From: an uncultured Opitutia bacterium
GTDB lineage: Bacteria; Verrucomicrobiota; Verrucomicrobiia; Opitutales; Opitutaceae
Reading direction: 5' to 3'
Assembly (NCBI GenBank): GCA_903862955.1
Contig: CAIPAH010000030.1
Coordinates: forward strand, 228,748 to 292,747
DNA length: 64,000 nucleotides
Below are positions 59,271 to 64,000 of this stretch, in pieces. The stretch's first letter is position 1. Each line of letters begins with the position of its first letter. Made by a program: the position numbers and the translations under genes. A model generated the notes under the pieces. The model had not been told where the DNA came from and ran no database searches. It saw nothing but the letters and a program-made list of their open reading frames with translations.

Positions 59271-60511
59271 GCCCCCGTGCGGACTTTCGCCGCCGCCGCG
59301 ACGGTGCCCTCAAGCTGCACCGTCTGCGTGGGATACGCAAAGGCGAGCCCGCGCGCCGCCACCAGGCGCAGGAACGCGAGGTTCAGCCGCTCCTTGAGTT
59401 TCAAGTGCGCGGCGAAGTCGGGGCTGGTCGTCGCATACACGACCAGGATGTCGAGCGAGGAGGCACTGAGCTGGGTGAACGCCACCACAACCGAGGCCGG
59501 GTCGACTTCCTTCTCCGCGAGGATCAGCTGGCGCAGTTCCACAAGGATTGCCTCCATTTGCTCCGGCTTCGTGGCGTAGGTGAGCCCCAGCGTCTGCTCG
59601 ACGCGGCGCGCCGTGAACTTCGAGAGGTTAATCACCGCCTCGGCGGCGACCATCTTGTTGGGCATGACCACCAGCGAGCGGTCCACCAGGCGAATGCGCG
59701 TGGAGCGGAGGCCGATGTCCTCGACGGTGCCGGCCTGCGTGCCGATCTTCACCACCTCGCCGACCTTGAACGGCTGGTCCATCACCACGACGAACGAGCC
59801 GAAGAGGTTGGCAATCGTGTCCTGCGCGGCGAAGGCAAACGCCAAACCGCCGATGCCGAGGCCGGCGAGCACCGCACCCACGTCGACGCCGAGGCTCTTC
59901 ACCACCATCAGCACGCCAAAGATGATCACGAACGCCGCGAGCGTCCGCTTGATCAGCGGCATGAAGTGCGCGATGTTCAACTTGCGCTCGTGACCGAGCT
60001 CCTCGAGGTGGTCGAGCACCGCGCCGCCCGCGCGCAGGATACCCCAGAACACCACCGTGATGAGCGAGACCTTGGCGCCGTAGACGATCATGCGATCCAC
60101 CGCCGGGGTGAGCTTGAGCACCGTCAGCGCGGCAAAGATGCCGCCGACCATCACCAGCGTGGCGACGGGACCCTCGAGCGCGGGGAACAGCTTGTCGTCG
60201 AGCGTCGTCTCCGTCTTTTCCGCCAGCCGTTTCAGCCAGCTGAAGATGATGTTGGTGATGAACCGCCGCAGCAGGATCGCAGCGAGCAGGAGCACGCCAC
60301 ACGCCAGCCAGTGCACGAGGTCGCCGTGCGAGCCGTCCGGGAAAATCCGCAGCTGCAGCCAGTCCACGAAGTGCTCGAGCAGGTCGGTCGCCGCCGCTTC
60401 CGCGGCGCCGGGCGCAGGCGGCACCGCCGGGGCGGGCGCCGCCGGCGCAGCAGCGACGGCCAGGGCGGGAAGCAGGGTGAAGCTGGACAGGAACAGGAAG
60501 AAGCGGTGCAT
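59267..60511 (-). CDS. MscS-family mechanosensitive channel
   Basis: The start was set to ATG 60511 (MHRFFLFLSSFTLLPALAVAAA signal-like). It has the MscS core GGLAFAFAAQDTIANLFGSFVVVMDQPFKVGEVVKIG...GTVEDIGLRSTRIR. Its stop overlaps the convergent permease stop (CTAG at 59267-59270). Confidence 0.85.
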   Translation of the reverse strand: MHRFFLFLSSFTLLPALAVAAAPAAPAPAVPPAPGAAEAAATDLLEHFVDWLQLRIFPDGSHGDLVHWLACGVLLLAAILLRRFITNIIFSWLKRLAEKTETTLDDKLFPALEGPVATLVMVGGIFAALTVLKLTPAVDRMIVYGAKVSLITVVFWGILRAGGAVLDHLEELGHERKLNIAHFMPLIKRTLAAFVIIFGVLMVVKSLGVDVGAVLAGLGIGGLAFAFAAQDTIANLFGSFVVVMDQPFKVGEVVKIGTQAGTVEDIGLRSTRIRLVDRSLVVMPNKMVAAEAVINLSKFTARRVEQTLGLTYATKPEQMEAILVELRQLILAEKEVDPASVVVAFTQLSASSLDILVVYATTSPDFAAHLKLKERLNLAFLRLVAARGLAFAYPTQTVQLEGTVAAAAKVRTGA

Positions 60512-60656
60512 GCGGGTGGCGTTTCCAACGCCGGGGCGGCGCGAAGTCAAAAAGTTATTCCAGCGGGAGCCGTTCCGGCTGGAAATCCCGGCTCCGTTTC
60601 CATCGCCGCACTCCCCGCTTGCCCGCGGCGCGCCGGCCCCACCATGCTCGCCCGCG
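60512..60656. promoter_or_regulatory. 145-nt structured divergent leader/promoter region between mscS and terC (nested imperfect palindromes; weak yybP-ykoY-like resemblance on the minus strand)
   Basis: It contains the nested stems ggagccg...cggctcc (60567-60597) and gcggcg/cgccgc, plus the small hairpin ggcgtttccaacgcc (60519-60533). See the findings for details. Confidence 0.4.
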
Positions 60657-61619
60657 ATGACGCTGCCGCTCGCCCTTTTTGAATCCATGCCGCTGTGGGC
60701 GTGGGGGGGATTTTTCGCCTTCATCATCGCGATGCTCGCCCTCGACCTCGGGCTGCTCCAGCGCAACCCGCACGCGGTCGGAATGAAGGAGGCGCTGGTG
60801 TGGTGCACGGTCTGGATCACCCTCGCGCTGGGTTTCAACTTCCTGCTGCTGCACTGGCGCGGCCCGGAACTCGCGCAGCAGTTCCTCGCCGCCTACCTCG
60901 TCGAACTCTGCCTCAGCGTCGATAACGTCTTCATCTTCATCCTCGTCTTTGCGTTCTTCCAGGTCGACGCACGCTACCAGCACCGCGTGCTCTTCTGGGG
61001 CATCATCGGCGCCGTCGTGATGCGCGCGGTCTTCATCCTCGTTGGCGTGGGCGTCATCCACCGCTTCCACTGGGTGCTCTACCTGTTCGGCGCGTTCCTC
61101 GTCTACACCGGCATCAAGATGGCGCGGCCGAAAAAGCCGGAGGAGGAGGAAATTCACCCCGACCAGAACATCGCCGTGCGCCTGTTCCGGCGCTTCTTCC
61201 GCGTCTCCGAGCAGGTCGACGCGGGCACCTTCTTTGTCGAGGAGGACGGCCGGCGCATCGCCACGCGGCTGTTCATCGTGCTGTTGGTGATCGAGACGAC
61301 CGACCTGGTCTTCGCGCTGGATTCGCTGCCCGCCGTGCTCGCCATCACGAAGGACGGCTTTGTCGCGCTCACCTCCAACATCTTCGCCATCCTCGGGCTG
61401 CGGTCGCTCTATTTTGCGCTCAACGGCGTCATGCAGCTGTTCCGCTACCTCAAGGTCGGCCTCGCTATCATCCTCGTCTTCATCGGCGTGAAGATGCTGA
61501 TCGAACCCTGGCTCGCCATCTCCACCACGACTTCGCTCGCGGTGATTGGCAGCGTGCTGACGATGGCCATCCTGCTCTCCGTGCTCATCAAGGAGCCGGG
61601 CGCGGAGACGGTCCGCTGA
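60657..61619 (+). CDS. TerC-family integral membrane protein (Alx/YkoY-like)
   Basis: The start was set to ATG 60657 (MTLPLALFESMPLWAWGGFFAFIIAML). It has the TerC motifs ELCLSVDNVFIF and FALDSLPAVLAIT. Confidence 0.85.
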   Translation: MTLPLALFESMPLWAWGGFFAFIIAMLALDLGLLQRNPHAVGMKEALVWCTVWITLALGFNFLLLHWRGPELAQQFLAAYLVELCLSVDNVFIFILVFAFFQVDARYQHRVLFWGIIGAVVMRAVFILVGVGVIHRFHWVLYLFGAFLVYTGIKMARPKKPEEEEIHPDQNIAVRLFRRFFRVSEQVDAGTFFVEEDGRRIATRLFIVLLVIETTDLVFALDSLPAVLAITKDGFVALTSNIFAILGLRSLYFALNGVMQLFRYLKVGLAIILVFIGVKMLIEPWLAISTTTSLAVIGSVLTMAILLSVLIKEPGAETVR

Positions 61620-61661
61620 CATCCGCCCCGCATCTGGCACGCCGCCTGCACCTTTGGGTGC

Positions 61662-62249
61662 ATGCGCTCCCTTCTTCTCGCCGGTTGCCTGGCCCTCACC
61701 GCGGTTTTTTCTGCCCGGGCCGCCAGCCCGGCACCACTACCCGATGACCCGGCCTGCAACGCGGACGACCGCAAGTTCATGTTGCGCGCCCTCGAACTCG
61801 TCCGCGAGTCCGTGGCGCATGGGTTGCATCCGTTCAGCGCCGTGCTCGTGAAGGACGGCAAGGTGCTCGCCGAATACGTGAACCGCTCGGACACCACCCA
61901 CGACGTCACCCAACACGCCGAGACGGGCCTGATCTCAATGTATTCGCCCAAATTCGACCGGGCCACCCTCGCCGCCTGCACGCTCTACGCGAGCTCCGAG
62001 CCCTGCACGATGTGCTGCGGCTCCATCCGTTTTTCCGGCATCAAGCGCGTCGTCTACGGCGTCACCGAGACGCAATTCCTCCGGGTGTGGGGCTATCCCG
62101 TCAGCCCGCATCCGCTGGAGATCCGCGAGATCATGGCGCGCACCGCGCCGGAGATCCAGGTCATCGGCCCGTTGATGGAAGCGGAAGGTCTCCAACTCCA
62201 CGCCGATTACACGGAGAAATACGGCGCGGCGCACCACCAGGTCCACTGA
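61662..62249 (+). CDS. CMP/dCMP-type zinc deaminase (TadA/guanine-deaminase-like) with an N-terminal signal or lipoprotein signal peptide
   Basis: 195 aa. It has the zinc motifs HAE (VTQHAETGLI) and PCxxC (SEPCTMCCGS). The N-terminus MRSLLLAGCLALTAVFSARAAS has a lipobox-like LAGC. The only alternative in-frame ATG is at codon 40 (MLRALELV). Confidence 0.7.
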   Translation: MRSLLLAGCLALTAVFSARAASPAPLPDDPACNADDRKFMLRALELVRESVAHGLHPFSAVLVKDGKVLAEYVNRSDTTHDVTQHAETGLISMYSPKFDRATLAACTLYASSEPCTMCCGSIRFSGIKRVVYGVTETQFLRVWGYPVSPHPLEIREIMARTAPEIQVIGPLMEAEGLQLHADYTEKYGAAHHQVH

Positions 62250-62262
62250 AGCGGACGCGCTG

Positions 62263-62706
62263 TCAGTCGATAAACCGCGCCGCCCACTCGGGTCGCGCCA
62301 GTGGGCGGGATTTCCACTCGCCGAAAATCCGGTAGCGCCAGCGCGCCACCAACCGGTAGCCCGCATCGCGCCACGCTGCGGGAAACACCGCCAGCACCGC
62401 GGCAAATACGGTCCCCGACCCGCCACAGCCGCGCAGCGCGGCAATCACGCCGTCCGTGCGCAAAAGAAATTCCCCCGCCGGCTGGCGCGTCCAGTCGGGC
62501 ACCAAGACCAAGCTGTCGAAATCCTCCACCGGAAGTCCGTGGGAGCGGAGATACGCCTGCCCGGCGTCGCTTTGCAGTCGCGCAAACCGCAACCGCCCGG
62601 CGCGATCCAGCCGCAGGAGCAGCCGCACGACCCGGTTGCACAGGCCGCAGTTGCCGTCGTAGAGCAACACGGCGTCGACCAAGGGAAAATTCTTCGGCGC
62701 AGTCAT
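62263..62706 (-). CDS. DCC-family thiol-disulfide oxidoreductase (DUF393)
   Basis: The start was set to ATG 62706 (MTAPKNFPLVDAVLLYDGNCGLCNRVVRLL). It has the CxxC motif in the typical DCC context. Confidence 0.75.
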   Translation of the reverse strand: MTAPKNFPLVDAVLLYDGNCGLCNRVVRLLLRLDRAGRLRFARLQSDAGQAYLRSHGLPVEDFDSLVLVPDWTRQPAGEFLLRTDGVIAALRGCGGSGTVFAAVLAVFPAAWRDAGYRLVARWRYRIFGEWKSRPLARPEWAARFID

Positions 62707-62711
62707 GGCGG

Positions 62712-63368
62712 TCAGCGCTTCTCCTCGCCAGCGACCTCGGCGACTTCCGCGAGATCGCACACGATGCCCACCGCTCGCTGGCAGCGGTTGCAGGAGTCCC
62801 CATTGGTAAAACCGCCCATCTCCGCATAACGGACGATCCCGGCCTCGAGCTTGAACTCCATGCCGCGCGCCTGCACCCCGAGCTCGCGCACGAACGCCGT
62901 GATCTTGGCCCGCAATTCCGGCAGCAGCGCCGCGGCGAAAAACTCCGGCTGGTTGGTCTGGATGAACCAGTCCGCGTCAAACTCCGCATCGCCCACCTGG
63001 ATTTCGCGCGCGCCGAACAGCTCCATGAACTTCGTGCCGAAGCCCTGCCGCCGCAGGTGAAACGTCAGGCCGTCGCCGGCGGACACCGCTGCCGACACCC
63101 CGCACCACTGCACGCGCGACTTCCCCGCGCCGGTCGCAAACGGAAAAATTTCGACGAGCCGCCCGCGGATTTGCCCCCGCGCTCGCGGCTCGGTGTAAAA
63201 CAGGCCCCACACCGGCGGCTTGGTGACAAATTCCAGCCCCAGCGCCTCCGCCAGGCGCTGCACGTGATCCGCGGCCAACTTGCTCTGTCGCGCCGCCAGC
63301 CGCGCGACCGTGCCGACAACGAACAGTGAAAAGCCGATCATCAGCAAGGGAAGCACGGCCGGACTCAT
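62712..63368 (-). CDS. membrane-anchored hypothetical protein
   Basis: The start was set to ATG 63368 (MSPAVLPLLMIGFSLFVVGTVARLAA), giving 218 aa. I recognise no family. The tracked 322-aa ORF has a low-complexity N-terminal extension. Confidence 0.5.
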   Translation of the reverse strand: MSPAVLPLLMIGFSLFVVGTVARLAARQSKLAADHVQRLAEALGLEFVTKPPVWGLFYTEPRARGQIRGRLVEIFPFATGAGKSRVQWCGVSAAVSAGDGLTFHLRRQGFGTKFMELFGAREIQVGDAEFDADWFIQTNQPEFFAAALLPELRAKITAFVRELGVQARGMEFKLEAGIVRYAEMGGFTNGDSCNRCQRAVGIVCDLAEVAEVAGEEKR

Positions 63369-63493
63369 GCCGGCACGTTCGCAGGCCGCATGGCCCACGG
63401 CAAAAGCAAAAGAGGCGTCGCCGCTGGACGCAAAAAGGCCGGGCCCCGCTGGGGAGCCCGGCCTGATGACTGACCCGGTAACCGGGGACAGGA

Positions 63494-63889
63494 TTAGCTG
63501 ACGGTGATCTTGCGGGGCTTCAGCGCCTCGGCCTTCGGCAGCGACGCGCGGAGCACGCCGTCCTTCAGCTCGGCTGCAATCTTGTCGGCGTCGATCGCGT
63601 TGTCGTGCGTGAGCACGAGCACGAAGGGCGCGTCCGCGGACTCGCGATAAACCGTGGTCCAGCCCGCCGGGGACGTCCACGTGCGGCGGCCCACGATGCG
63701 CAGTTCCTGGTTCTCGATGGTGAGCTCCAGGCTGTCCTTGGCGACGCCAGGCAGGAAGACCGTCAGGCCGTAAGCCTCATCGGTCTCCTTGATTTCATAG
63801 ACGGGTTTCAGCGACGGGCCGACGTCTTCGGTTGCCGGGCGGCTGGCTTCGCGCGAGCGCGAGGGAATGAGTGAATTGAACAGTGACAT
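63494..63889 (-). CDS. Hsp20/alpha-crystallin small heat-shock protein
   Basis: 131 aa. It has the alpha-crystallin core (DEAYGLTVFLPGVAKDSLELTIENQELRIVG...KDGVLRASLPKAE). Confidence 0.85.
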   Translation of the reverse strand: MSLFNSLIPSRSREASRPATEDVGPSLKPVYEIKETDEAYGLTVFLPGVAKDSLELTIENQELRIVGRRTWTSPAGWTTVYRESADAPFVLVLTHDNAIDADKIAAELKDGVLRASLPKAEALKPRKITVS

Positions 63890-63939
63890 GGTAATTTTTC
63901 TCCGGTGGTGGGTTGATGGATGGGTGGTGCCGCGGCGGA

Positions 63940-64000
63940 TTATTTGACGGCCACGGTGACCTTCTTCGGCTTGGCCTCCTCGCGCTTGGGCAGCGTGACG
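63940..64000 (-). CDS. partial CDS, C-terminal end of a second Hsp20-like protein
   Basis: Reverse-complement translation gives ...VTLPKREEAKPKKVTVAVK-stop (stop at 63940-63942). This resembles the tail of the neighbouring Hsp20. Only about 19 codons are visible. Confidence 0.4.
   Translation of the reverse strand, partial: VTLPKREEAKPKKVTVAVK

Noticed and set aside
1-64000. A search for tRNA/rRNA genes, CRISPR arrays, transposases, integrases, phage or toxin-antitoxin/defence modules.
   Set aside because: I saw no regularly spaced direct repeats with unique spacers. I saw no cloverleaf-like GC-balanced ~75-nt islands in the gaps. No ORF has recognisable DDE, tyrosine or serine recombinase, restriction, Cas or abortive-infection motifs. 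All gaps larger than 100 nt are accounted for by palindromes or divergent promoters.

Overview
The window is 64 kb of high-GC (about two thirds G+C by eye) bacterial chromosome. It is densely coding, with about 57 protein genes. I found no rRNA, tRNA, CRISPR array, transposase or integrase. The gene content (SWIB/MDM2-domain protein, DUF2339/DUF3999 pair, many unique long intergenic palindromes) suggests a Verrucomicrobiota/Opitutaceae-like organism, but that is a low-confidence inference.

Main blocks, left to right:
- LPS heptose genes (PfkB kinase, GT9) and bdhA.
- An uncharacterised DUF2339-like/DUF3999-like envelope gene pair.
- A large minus-strand catabolic supercluster: a two-gene 2-oxoacid:ferredoxin oxidoreductase, an ADP-forming acyl-CoA synthetase, an AMP-forming acyl-CoA synthetase, thiolase, flavin reductase, hmgA and hppD. 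It is followed by a LuxR-type regulator, an orphan receiver and phhA.
- A nitrite/NO island: cytochrome-c-fused nirK, nirV-like, senC, DUF2249 and cupin genes. It is followed by pdxH, a class II ribonucleotide reductase, ytfE/ric and a Dnr/NnrR-like Crp regulator. Three FNR/Dnr-type boxes are visible in this block.
- A DsbD-like reductase, a small cytochrome c and three EamA transporters.
- A hybrid histidine kinase, a SWIB protein and a heterodimeric ABC exporter.
- Divergent mgtE/mgtA with a PtsN-like EIIA gene.
- A HlyD/ABC-2 exporter.
- Divergent MscS/TerC genes with a structured leader between them.
- An apparently exported deaminase, a DCC oxidoreductase and tandem Hsp20 genes.

The most interesting signals:
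- The DUF2339/DUF3999 module.
- The Dnr-box regulon that ties nirK, ytfE(-nrdJ-pdxH?), dnr and an Mpv17-like membrane gene together.
- A set of sequence-unrelated 21-29 bp-stem palindromes at almost every gene junction of the catabolic cluster.
- The EIIA-like gene welded to mgtA.
- The mscS/terC leader.

Start codons were re-picked by hand where the ORF track started at alternative codons. All functional calls rest on motif and family recognition by eye, not on database searches.
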